Below, piece after piece: positions 12,815 through 23,991 of a stretch of DNA of 64,000 nucleotides. Below the pieces are notes generated by a model that was not told the DNA's origin, ran no database searches, and was given only the letters and a program-made list of their open reading frames with translations. The stretch comes from Veleropilina oligotropha (Eukaryota): the NCBI GenBank assembly GCA_048128005.1, contig JBEUKZ010000018.1, forward strand, positions 62,001 to 126,000. The letters are read 5' to 3'. Position 1 is the stretch's first letter. Every line of letters starts with the position of its first letter. The position numbers and the translations under genes were made by a program.

Positions 12815-14357
12815 CAGGGTTTCCGCCAGAAATAAATTTGAGGGTACGGAGTTGTTATCGACCGGCGGTCCACGGTTCGGCCGGGAAAACAATTTGGATT
12901 TTCTCACCGTGATATGGCCTCTCCTGGGTTCTCAGAGGACAAACATGACCAAACGTCTATATACTCTGCGTTCAAAAAGCGGCGCGGCAATCCTCTTAAG
13001 GGGAGATACGGGTCAAAATTCGCAAAATTGCGTTATTTTGTCCAAAATAATGTTTTGTGTTTGTCATATTGTTTACATACTCAACTTGCAATGTACGTAC
13101 CCGTTTTCATGAAATTTGTATTAAAAATGACAATAAAGATGATATGTGTATACCTAGTTATTGCTCAATTATCCCATTTTCTTTGAAATAGTAAAAAAAT
13201 CTGTCGATAATAGTTGCTTTTATCATCCGCAAAGAGAAAATTTCCCCCTCGCATTCCTTGCAAGTGAGCGGCCATTTTGAAGTATATTCACTGCTCTTTC
13301 TGATAGCAGTAACCATATTTGGCTATCATGACTATATATGGAGCTATTGACATCGCAATTGACCCTCATTTGTATGCATTTCATCGTTGATTGGTCGAGT
13401 GACGTAATTATTTCCCGTGTTGCATCATTCGGCTTTCTGAGTGATCGTTCGGGATTCCGAGTATGACTCGGTTTTCCGAAGTGCAATTCGGGGTTCCCGA
13501 ATGATGCAACACGGAAATAATCGACCTCCTGGTACATGTGCACTAGTGCAAAATGGCGGTTTCATAGGAATCTTTACCCAAATTTCGTACTAAATATCCT
13601 AATGGATACGGCAAACTACTACGAAGGTTGCAATTAGCCAATTCGAGGAAAAGGCGATATTTGGGAGACTTTGAAGTCCGCAACTATATTAGATCGACTC
13701 AAACGGAGTTGTGTGTCTTGGATTCGCCTACTACGTATATTACTACAAGCGGTAGTAACGATATAGCAACGCAAACGGAACTTTGTTGTCTTGTAATAAA
13801 ATCCAAAAAAAAATCATGGAATGTATCAGAAATGGTATCCAGGTCAGATTTAAAACTCAAATGCAAAATCAATTTCTGAAAAGTCTGCAAATCATATCAT
13901 GGGAACAGTAATTTGTCACAGTGGTGTTTATTATACCTAGGTCAAGTCAATAATGCTATGCATAAAATCGAATGTCCTGACTGTCAACAATTTGGTTTAT
14001 ACTTTGAAAAAATGATGGATGATAGATGTGGATTTTAAGAAAAATTAAAATTGACTTGCCATTTTGAAAAAACATATTCATCGCCGAAAACAAATGAGAA
14101 GAAAAGCCACAAAGTAAATGATTTATTTATGTTATTTTTAACCGAGTTACGGCATTTAATGAGGGGGCACGAGGGTTGTCACAAGTTATGGCAAAGATGG
14201 ACATAGAAGCAAATGAGTAAATTTTAAAGCAGCACAAACCTATTTTGTCTTTACTAAAATATTATCAAAACCCAATAATTTGAGGGTACGGATCCGTACC
14301 CTCAAATAATTTGAGGGTACGGAATTTTACCCATTTTACCCTCTGGAAAAAACCCTG
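12815..14357. mobile_element. Non-autonomous TIR DNA transposon (CAGGG termini, 5-bp TSD) inserted in the 46-bp satellite
   Basis: cagggtttccgccaga (12815) / tctggaaaaaaccctg (14342-14357); ctgtt duplicated at 12810-12814 and 14358-14362; subterminal aatttgagggtacgg motif at both ends. Confidence 0.9.
13000..14220 (+). pseudogene. Truncated Kolobok-like transposon fragment (left end plus decayed Mutator-like/Kolobok transposase N-terminus)
   Basis: TTAA (12996-12999) followed by ggggagatacggg. 13919-14155 translates QWCLLYLGQVNNAMHKIECPDCQQFG...RCGF*EKLKLTC...YSSP...KVNDLFMLF, matching my recollection of the CPxC...G...L.L.C...SSP...VN pattern of Kolobok transposases. Contains an in-frame stop; no right end found. 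Confidence 0.55.
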
Positions 14358-14665
14358 CTGTTGACTGAGCTTTTCTCCTGTAGAAGTCTTGAACACGCCT
14401 TCCCTGTTAACTGAGCTTTTCTCCTGTAGAAGTCTTGAACACGCCTTCCCTGTTGACTGAGCTTTTCTCCTGTAGAAGTCGTGAACACGCCTTCCCTGTT
14501 GACTGAGCTTTTCTCCTGTAGAAGTCGTGAACACGCCTTCCCTGTTGACTGAGCTTTTCTCCTGTAGAAGTCGTGAACACGCCTTCCCTGTTGACTGAGC
14601 TTTTCTCCTGTAGAAGTCTTGAACACACCTTCCCTGTTAACTGGGCTGTACTCCTAGAGACGTCT
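14358..14665. repeat. 46-bp satellite, third block (~6 copies plus a degenerate terminal copy)
   Basis: Same unit; last copy diverged (ttaactgggctgtactcctagagacgtcttg). Confidence 0.97.
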
Positions 14666-14809
14666 TGGTAGGGCTCTGAGTGGTGTTAAATGGAAAATAA
14701 GCACGATCCACGTCAAATCTAAGTTGGCGGTCACCCTCCTTTGTCCGAATGGCTTGCATGGTCGGAAACTTTGTGAAGTTAATATTTAATATTCACAGTG
14801 GTCTATATT

Positions 14810-15077
14810 GGCCGCCTTGGTAGTCGTGTGGTTTCAAGTGTCGATTCTGAAGTCACTGCATGGATTGTTTGCACTAACTAACAGGTTTGGGTTCCATTCT
14901 CTGCCGGGGAATGAACATTCTGTGTTCAGTTAATCAACCACAGTTGTCTGTAGCTGCCTAGAGAGGGCGGGTTTAGAGAGGGTGGATTTCCTCCTGCAAT
15001 AATATGGAAATGTCCTACCTTGAACATGATATTTGTAAATATACATTGCAACATGAAGCATCAAGCCATCTATCCAT
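14810..15077 (+). mobile_element. Degenerate tRNA-derived SINE
   Basis: A-box-like tggtagtcgtgtgg, B-box-like gggttccattctc, core-like gggcgggttt...ttcctcctg, tail aacatgaagcatcaagccatctatccat. Confidence 0.45.
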
Positions 15078-15517
15078 AAGAGTATCTTTATAATCTAACC
15101 CAGAGACATTGTCACATGCATGTAATGCTAGATATTTACTTAAAAAAGTACGAAATAAACATGGAAGAAAAGTACCTCTGTTGCATGCTCAGAGTAGCAG
15201 GTTAAATAACCTTCCAAATATCAGTCTTGTAAATAACCCTGCATGGTTAGTGTATAGTATAGCGTTTGTCTGGCCACCTGTTTTGTGTTTTGTGGGAAAG
15301 GACTTTAAATTGCCCCCAGTTATCTTGTGCTGTTGTGTATTTATCCTGAAGTGACATGAGAGCGGAATGCGGGTACATGTTATGCAGGGCTAATGATACT
15401 TGTCTACAAGAATAAATCCGTTATCCTGTAGGGTGTGTAGAGCAGTGGCCTATAAATCAGATATAAACAGTGGCAATGAAACTCAATCAGGTCGTTTTTG
15501 CTTAAAAATTAAGGTCA

Positions 15518-16465
15518 TAGCTATGAGTACGGAACCGTGTATTTATATATTATAGGAAGGCTGTAAGTTGTATATACAGCTATGAGTACGGAACCGTGTA
15601 TTTATATATACATGTATTATAGGAAGGTTGTATGTTGTATATATACAGCTATGAGTACGGAACCATGTATTTATATATATTATATGAAGGCTGTAAGTTG
15701 TATACAGCTATGAGTACGGAACCGTGTATTTATATATATTATAGGAAGGCTGTAAGTTGTATATACAGCTATGAGTACAGAACCGTGTATTTATAAATAT
15801 ATATTATAGGAAGGCTGTAAGTTGTATACAGCTATGAGTACGGAACCGTGTATATATATATATTATAGGAAGACTGCAAGTTTATACAGCTATGAGTACG
15901 GAACTGTGTATTTATATACACTATAGGAAGGCTGCAAGTTGTATACAGATATGAGTACGGAACCATGTATTTATAAATATTATATGAAGGCTGTAAGTTG
16001 TATATACAGCTATGAGTACGGAACCGTGTATTTATATATATTATAGGAAGGCTGTAAGTTGTATATACAGCTATGAGTACAGAACCGTGTATTTATAAAT
16101 ATATATTATAGGAAGGCTGTAAGTTGGATACAGCTATGAGTACGGAACCGTGTATTTATATATATTATAGGAAGGCTGTAAGTTGTATACAGCTATGAGT
16201 ACGGAACCGTGTATTTATGTATATAATAGAAAGGCTGTAAGTTATATACAGCTATGAGTACGGAACCATGTATTTATATATATAGGAAGGCTGCAAGTTG
16301 TATACAGCTATGAGTACGGAACCATGTATTTATATATATAGGAAGGCTGCAAGTTGTATACAGCTATGAGTACGGAACCATGTATTTATATATATTATAG
16401 GAAGGCTGTAATTTGTATACAGCTATGAGTACCGTAACCATATGTTTATAAAAGAAGGTTATAAG
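15518..16465. repeat. ~58-62 bp minisatellite (cagctatgagtacggaaccgtgtattta(ta)n...ggaaggctgtaagttg), ~16 copies
   Basis: Tandem copies whose length varies at embedded TA dinucleotide runs. Confidence 0.95.
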
Positions 16466-16579
16466 TGATGATTCTTTGCAAATGGTTCTGATACGTTAAA
16501 CAATGTCATGTGGTTGACAATTATGATAAAATATGCGCACAGAATTTTCGATACTCTTACATCTCTGGTTTATTGGGGT

Positions 16580-17452
16580 TTATTGGCTCACATGCAACGC
16601 AAATGCGCGTCTATGTAATGAGCTTGTCGTCTGGCCGTTCGTCCGTCCGGCGGTCCGGCCGACCGGCGTCAACAATTGGTTCTCATGTTAAAGTTTTTGG
16701 TTAAAGTTTCTCAAGCATGCTATATGCGCAACAATAGGCATATTTTTGTGCATCATTCTTTATCACTATTTCATTGTCATTATGCCCCCACAAACGAAGT
16801 TTAGGGTTGGGGCATATAGGAGTCAGCTAGTCTGTCGGTCGGTCTGTTGCAAATTCTCTTCCACTCCATATCTCTGATACTATTTCGCCTAGGGACACGA
16901 AACTTGATGTGTAGATCTATGCATCATAACCCAAAGGTGTGTCTCGTACTGAAAGTAAGTCTCCGCGACCTAATTTTCACACTTGACCGCAATTGGTCCA
17001 AAATTCCCTTCGAAGTTCCGCTCAATATCTCTCATACTATTTGACAGAGGGACACGAAACTTGATGTGTCTATGCGTCATAACCCAAAGGTGTGTCGCGT
17101 TCTGAAAATAGGTCAACCAGACCTACTTTTCACGCTTGACCATATTTGGTCCAAAATTCCCTTCACTCCATATCTCCCATAATATTTGACCTAGCTAGGG
17201 ACACGAAATTTGCTGTGTGGACGTGTCATAACACAAAGGTGAGTCGCGTACCGAAAGTACGTCACCACGACCTACTTGTCACGCATATGATCACTCCTGT
17301 GATAACTTGTTAATTTCATTTAATTGAAATTTACCTATAAATTACCACTTTTGGACTTAAAATTAGAATATTTTGCTCTTAATACTTATGAAATATAAGT
17401 GAGTGATGTGCATTTTCGTGCATGCGAGCCATTTCGAGCTTTAGCTCTTGTT
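16580..17452 (+). mobile_element. Nested HINE/pearl-like elements with internal ~140-bp tandem repeats
   Basis: Outer: ggctcacatgc (16586), gtcc microsatellite, gcatgcgagcc plus 3' hairpin and ttgtt (17419-17452). Inner: tatgcccc...ggggcata hairpin (16781-16818), gtcg/gtct microsatellite, three copies of agggacacgaaac...ccaaaggtgtgtc. Confidence 0.65.
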
Positions 17453-17765
17453 AGTATATGTGCCACATTCTTTGTAGCTTATATACATTGTACTAGTATA
17501 TTTTTAGAATAAAATTTCTATCATAGTCATGATTTGCTCCTTTTTGAATATTATTTTATTGTAATAATATTATATTATATTATTGAAGTTGAACATTGTA
17601 AAAAGTAAGGTTGCATTGAATGTTGAGGCTGTCTATTGCGCGCAGTGGTTACTTGACTAGGGGTGCAAGTATAATTTATTCTTATAACATCAAATCATTA
17701 AAATTTTGAATAGACCATGGGTCCAATTCTCGATAGCAATTTTTCTGTCAATTATCTTACTTAAT

Positions 17766-18402
17766 GTTCATATCCTCACGTTCATATCCTCTGGTTCATA
17801 TCCTCAGGTTCATATCCTCTGGTTCATATCCTCAGGTTCATATCTTCAGGTTCATATCTTCAGGTTCATATCTTCAGGTTCATATCCTCAGGTTCATATC
17901 CTCAGGTTCATATCCTCAGGTTCATATCTTCAGGTTCATATCCTCAGGTTCATATCCTCAGGTTCATATCTTCAGGTTCATATCCTCAGGTTCATTACTT
18001 AATGTTCATATCCTCTGGTTCATATCCTCAGGTTCATATCCTCAGGTTCATATCCTCTGGTTCATATCCTCTGGTTCATATCCTCAGGTTCATATCCTCA
18101 GGTTCATATCCTCAGGTTCATATCCTCAGGTTCATATCCTCAGGTTCATATCCTCAGGTTCATATCCTCAGGTTCATATCCTCAGGTTCATATCCTCAGG
18201 TTCATATCCTCGGGTTCATATCGTCAGGTTCATATCCTCAGGTTCATATCCTCGGGTTCATATCCTCAGGTTCATATCCTCAGGTTCATATCCTCGGGTT
18301 CATATCCTCAGGTTCATATCCTCAGGTTCATATCCTCAGGTTCATATCCTCAGGTTCATATCCTCAGGTTCATATCCTCAGGTTCATATCCTCAGGTTCA
18401 TA
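17766..18402. repeat. 14-bp minisatellite (ggttcatatcctca), ~45 copies
   Basis: Direct tandem copies; boundary motif tacttaatgttc repeated at 17758 and 17996. Confidence 0.97.
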
Positions 18403-18544
18403 TATTTCAGTACGATTTCCTTACAATGCTCCGTTTCTGTCCAATTTCCATCTGTATTATTTCTCATTTACGAATAGTTGTCTTTAATAATTTTCTTCAC
18501 CACGGTGTCAGAATCCTTTCACGTTGAAGAAGCCTTCTTGATTA

Positions 18545-19032
18545 GGCCATATAAAATTAATTGTGTGTTTCCGGTAACCCGACTTGAGTATTTGAATTGT
18601 TGAATAAATATCCAAAACATATGTATTAAGCAAAAATAACCCAATATTATTTGTCCTACATTTTTTTTAGGAAATTCAGTGTTTGCACTTTTAGAATATT
18701 GAGACTATTAAATTGACTGTTCTTATTTTCTTTACCAACTGTTAATTAAGTAATTTTGATGCTGTTATCTTTTGGTAGAATTTCTAATATTCAATTAATC
18801 TTATACTTGTAACTTAATATATCGCCAGTGTAACGCAACTGGAGATAATTCTAGTGTCTATGATATATGTGCATTAAATTTAAAATGTATATACAATGAG
18901 CATAATGTTCGGTTTATATCAATTAGATCGATTTAAAAAAAATATTGTTTCAAAATAATGTTTTTTTCCTACCTACCTACCCTATTTTTTTCAGTCTCGT
19001 TACCGGAAACATGTAATTAATTTTATTTGGCC
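18545..19032. mobile_element. MITE with ~33-bp TIR and TTA TSD (Zator-like)
   Basis: tta|ggccatataaaattaattgtgtgtttccggtaac ... gttaccggaaacatgtaattaattttatttggcc|tta; GG..CC termini with a TWA TSD. Confidence 0.85.
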
Positions 19033-19404
19033 TTAGCAGCATCTTGACTGCAGTGACATTGATCGCCTCGCATCGATCAGACCTGTATCACATGGAATAG
19101 TCATGTTATCTGTATTTTACCCCTACAGACCGGCTACTGTCTTGCAATGATCAATACAGTGCTGATTTATTGTCGTGTACATTGATCAATAATGAAGTAC
19201 GATATCAGTCAGACATAGAAGAGTTTGTGCTTCTGTAGTTGTGGCCTCTCGTTCAGTATCATGTATATTGGTGCGTTACCCAAACAAAAATGCAAACTAC
19301 CTAGCTCGTAATGTGCTCGCGACTAGCTAGTACCAGAATATTTAGCTCGTTACGAGCTCGCAGAAAGGTCATACTTGCTCGTAGGTCTTTCTACGAGTAT
19401 CTTG

Positions 19405-19740
19405 CAAGCTCGCGACGATCTAGTTTCTTCTCTGCGAGCTCGCGACGAGCTAGTTTCTTCTCTGCGAGCTCGCGACGAGCTAGTTTCTTCTCTGCGAGCT
19501 CGCGACAAGCTAGTTTCTTCTCTGCGAGCTCGCGGCGAGCTGGTTTCTGCTCTGCAAGTTCGTGGCGAGCTTGCGATGAGCTAGTTTCTTGTCTGCGAGC
19601 TCGCGGCGAGCTAGTTTCTTCTCTGCGAGCTCGTGGCGAGCTAGTTTATTCTCTGCGAGCTCACGACGAGCTAGTAAATGTTTCTGCGAGCTCGCGACGA
19701 GCAAGTTTCTTTTCTGCGAGCTCGCGACGGGATAGTTTTT
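19405..19740. repeat. 30-bp palindrome-rich tandem repeat (ctagtttcttctctgcgagctcgcgacgag), ~11 copies, inside an insertion at 19279-20080
   Basis: Tandem copies carrying the palindrome gcgagctcgc. Confidence 0.9.
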
Positions 19741-20080
19741 TCTAATTTATTTTCTGCGAACTAGTTTATATGTAATTCTGTTATAGTCCACTTTTATAAC
19801 AACTAGCTTTTAACTCGTGATCCTCACGGTGAAATACTTGTTGCCGTTCATGGTGATCGTATGGCCCGAACCGGACACCCATTATGGCGTTTGCGACATT
19901 CGATTGTGGCTTATATAAATAGGCACCCCCCTGTGTTCTGGGCGAATATGAAACGAAAAATGTAAAATCTGAAATTCTTGAGTTCTTCCTTTCGGCACAT
20001 GATCGACTAGGACGTGACAGTATGTAGGGTTGGCACGCAATAGTTGGTTATGCAGTGTCAGTCACCGTACACCCTAGCTA

Positions 20081-21105
20081 TAGCCTAATTAGAGTTGTGG
20101 GCTCTCGTTCAGTATCATGTATATTGGTGCATTAGCCTCAATAGAGTTGTGGCCTCTCGTTCAGTATCATGTATATTGGTGCGTTAACCTCGTTAGAGTT
20201 GTGGCCTCTCGTTCAGTATCATGTATATTGGTGCGTTAGCCTCAATAGAGTTGTGGTCTCTCGTTCAGTATCATGTATATTGGTGCGTTAGCCTCGTTAG
20301 AGTTGTGGCCTTTCGTTCAGTATCATGTATATTGGTGCGTTAACCTCGTTAGAGTTGTGGCCTTTCGTTCAGTATCATGTATATTGGTGCATTAGCCTCA
20401 ACAGAGTTGTGGCCTCTCGTTCAGTATCATGTATATTGGTGCGTTAGCCTCAATAGAGTTGTGGACTCTTGTTCAGTATCATGTATATTGGTGCGTTAGC
20501 CTCAATAGAGTTGTGGTCTCTCGTTCAGTATCATGTATATTGGTGCATTAGCCTCAATAGAGTTGTGGACTCTTGTTCAGTATCATGTATATTGGTGCGT
20601 TAGCCTCAATAGAGTTGTGGACTCTTGTTCAGTATCATGTATATTGGTGTGTGAGCATCATTAGAGTTGTGGACTCTTGTTCAGTATCATGTATATTGGT
20701 GTGTGAGCATCATTAGAGTTGTGGCCTCTCGTTCAGTATCATGTATATTGGTGCGTTAGCCTCAATAGAGTTGTGGTCTCTCGTTCAGTATCATGTATAT
20801 TGGTGCGTTAGCCTCATTAGAGTTGTGGCCTCTCGTTCAGTAGCATGTATATTGGTGCGTTAGCCTCAATAGAGTTGTGGTCTCTCGTTCAGTATCATGT
20901 ATATTGGTGTGTGAGCATCATTAGAGTTGTGGACTCTTGTTCAGTATCATGTATATTGGTGCGTTAGCCTCAATAGAGTTGTGGACACTTGTTCAGTATC
21001 ATGTATATTGGTGTGGATACTGGTGTGTTAGCCTCATTAGATTTGTGGCCTCTCATTCAGTATCATGTATATTGGTGCATTAGCCTCATTAGAGTTGGGG
21101 CCTCT
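20081..21105. repeat. 52-bp minisatellite (agagttgtggcctctcgttcagtatcatgtatattggtgcgttagcctcaat), ~19 copies, with a detached first copy at 19236-19278
   Basis: Period 52 (20091 to 20143). Confidence 0.97.
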
Positions 21106-21827
21106 CTGGTAGCCATGTTATCTGTATTTTACCCCCACTGTCTCGCGATGATCAATTCATCACTGATTTATTGTAGTGTAGCATATTCCGTAAATCGATC
21201 AATAATGAAGCATGATCTCCAACAGACAATGAAGAGTTCACACATCTTTAGTTTCCGACAGAGTTTAGCAACATGTATAATATTGGTGCTTTAACCTTGT
21301 TAGTCAGTTACCTTGGAAACTAATAACAAGTGCCCTACTGGCTCCTGCTGTCTGCTAGTTGTGTCTTCGCTTATCTTGTTACGACTCGATCAACTTTGAT
21401 TGGTTAAATGAATTAATACTAATTAGTTAGTGGCTGTATGGAATGGAGATGTATTTATATAATTATATATGTGGAAATATCTGACATTCGCAGGAATCCA
21501 TCTCACGTCTCTGGCTGTGTGTTCCAGAATCGACCTCTCATCCCCCCCACCCCCACCACCCCACACCCAAAATATTTGATTTTGAAATTTGATTTATTTA
21601 TGTTACTTGCCTGTCACTATAATTCCTCTGAAAAATGGATACAATCACTAAATGGAATAGTCATGCAAATCAGATCTCATGAATTGTGTTGCTCAGGCAT
21701 TGGACCGACATCAGTATTGGAAAATCGGCAACCATCAAACTCTAAAATAGTTGCTGTATAATAATCTAGATGAATGCCATGCACTGCTCTGAATGCTCCG
21801 TCTAACAGGAGTGGGTTTGAATACTCA

Positions 21828-22010
21828 GCTGGACTCTGTATTCGGGATCTGATCACAGTGACTGGTGTCTGGAGGGGCACGTCACAGGCTGGACTCTGTA
21901 TTCGGGATCTGATCACAGTGACTGGTGTCTGGAGGGGCACGTCACAGGCTGGACTCTGTATTCGGGATCTGATCACAGTGACTGGTGTCTGGAGGGGCAT
22001 CTCACAGGCT
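21828..22010. repeat. 60-bp tandem triplication
   Basis: ggactctgtattcgggatct... at 21831, 21891 and 21951, nearly identical. Confidence 0.97.
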
Positions 22011-22175
22011 TTTCTCGGTGATCAGGGTTAATGTGTTTGTTCTGGTATGAACCTGAAGGTTGTTAAAAATGGGTCATTAAATCATCGAGCCAAACCGTGG
22101 ACTACATTTACCCAAAAATTGTTGGCGAGAGATGCATACTTTATAAATGCATTTAAAATGGTTATTTAATTTCAG

Positions 22176-22439
22176 GTCAAATTCAGCTGCTGTTGAGCGA
22201 GTACAGATTGGGTCGTCATCGTCAACTGTCACCGGACATTATCGATAAGTTACGGACTTTTAATAAACAATGCACCAAAATCTGTGAAGCGTCTCTGGTG
22301 TACGTGAGGGAAGATGATGAAGAATACTACAGAAGCATGGAGTACCTGCTACGCACGCCGTGGACGTTCATGAGGCGGCATCGCAGGGTGGAGTCCGACC
22401 TGAAGTGGCACCCCAATGTTTTTGTGAACCGCGAAGTCA
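22176..22439 (+). CDS. C16orf89: C16orf89/UPF0764 (DUF4735) homolog, internal exon A (upstream exon not found)
   Basis: ttcag| acceptor, phase 1, (G)QIQLLLSEYRLG...VFVNREV, donor a|gtaagt; phase-compatible with the next exon. Confidence 0.82.
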
Positions 22440-23406
22440 GTAAGTTCATGTGACCGCACCTCAGGGTGCAGCCCGACCTGAAGTGGCAACCCAGTGTATT
22501 CGTGAACCGTGAAATCAGTAAGTACATGAGACCGCAGCATAGGGTGCAGCCCGACCTGAAGTGGCAACCCAGTGTATTCGTGAACCGTGAAATCAGTAAG
22601 TACATGAGACCGCAGCATAGGGTGCAGCCCGACCTGAAGTGGCAACCCAGTGTATTCGTGAACCGTGAAATCAGTAAGTACATGAGACCGCAGCATAGGG
22701 TGCAACCCGACCTGAAGTGGCATCCCAGAGTATTCGTGAACCGTGAAATCAGTAAGTACATGAGACCGCAGCATGGGTGCAGCCCGACCTGAAGTGGCAA
22801 CCCAGTGTATTCGTGAACCGTGAAATCAGTAAGTACATGAGACCGCAGCATAGGGTGCAACCCGACCTGAAGTGGCATCCCAGAGTATTCGTGAACCGTG
22901 AAATCAGTAAGTTCATGAGACTGCAGCATAGGGTGCAGCCCGACCTGAAGTGGCACCCCAGTGTATTCGTGAACCGTGAAATCAGTAAGTACATGAGACC
23001 GCAGCATAGGGTGCAGCCCGACCTGAAGTGGCACCCCAGTGTATTCATGAACCGTGAAGTCAGTACATTTGACCGCAGCATAGGGTGCAGTCTGACTTGA
23101 AGTGGCACCCCAGAGTATTCATGAACTGCGCAGTCAGTAAGTATTCGACAGCACTGCAGGGTGCAGCCCGACCTGAAGTGGCACCCCAGAGTATTCGTGA
23201 ACTGCGCAGTCAGTAAGTATTCGACAGCACTGCAGGGTGCAGCCCGACCTGAAGTGGCACCCCAGAGTATTCGTGAACTGCGCAGTCAGTAAGTATTCGA
23301 CAGCACCGCAGGGTGCAGCCCGACCTGAAGTGGCACCCCAGAGTATTCTTGAACTGCGCAGTCAGTAAGTATTCGACAGCACCCCGACCTGAAGTGGCAC
23401 CCCAGA
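22367..23406 (+). repeat. 78-bp (distally 76-bp) tandem array made of the exon A 3' end plus splice donor, ~13 copies
   Basis: First unit lies within the exon; period 78 (22386, 22464, 22542); most copies keep cagtaagt. Confidence 0.95.
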
Positions 23407-23527
23407 GTTTTACTGCCATAATATTAAAATACTGCCATGAGGATAACTTGACCTAGTTTTGAAAATTGTTCTTCCAAAGTTACAATATACACCATTGTAA
23501 TTTTTGAGCATTTTTTCATTGCATTAG

Positions 23528-23706
23528 ACGTTCCCGACCTGGATGAAGTGACCAGTGACCATTGCATGGGGGAGCTGACCGGTGCATCCCATCCGGACGA
23601 CGTGTCCTGCGTCCTGAGTAACCACTGCATCCGGACGATGAGTACCCCCGGACTCACGGGGTACGGCATCACCCATCAGCTGCTCTGGTCCATGCTGGCA
23701 GAACTG
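23528..23706 (+). CDS. C16orf89: C16orf89 homolog exon B
   Basis: cattag| ... |gtatga; VTSDHCMGELTG...CVLSNHCIRTMSTPGLTGYGITHQLLW matches the family SDxC...C...C...M..PG..GY..xHQLL motif; 179 nt, phase 1 to 0. Confidence 0.92.
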
Positions 23707-23991
23707 GTATGAAACGAGAGAGAATTCACTTTAAGTTGATCAGAGTTATCTCCCTGGAATCTATTTTAAGTTGAACAGGGTTATCTCCCTTTGGCTGGCA
23801 TGGAATCATCTACTTTTGCACTTTTCTAATGAATAAAATAAGCTTGTAACACTAGTCTTTATATAATATTATGTGATCGCATCTTTATCTGAGGTCATTT
23901 GAGTCAAAGGAATGATAATTTCTATCGCTGCGATCCACTTATATATATTGCTTATACTGTCTGTAATGAGTTACAAATCTAATTCATAGAA

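Larger units (their letters stand above)
4958..14705 (+). mobile_element. tRNA-derived SINE split into pieces (head 4958-4997, body 6602-6750, tail ~14640-14705)
   Basis: A-box-like ggtggccgagtgtgttaaagcg at 4961. The sequence rejoins across the gattaac duplication, continues with a degenerate B-box-like gagtttaaataaaccc and core-like gcgggatttccctg...ttctcc, and ends with tail-like gagtggtgttaaatggaaaataag after the satellite. Confidence 0.55.

Noticed and set aside
17706..18487. ORFs with VHILRFISSGSYPQ repeats
   Set aside because: Product of the stop-free 14-bp minisatellite.
21829..21852. LDSVFGI resembling the missing NLDG.FGLR exon of C16orf89
   Set aside because: Followed immediately by TGA, no donor, and part of a 60-bp triplication.
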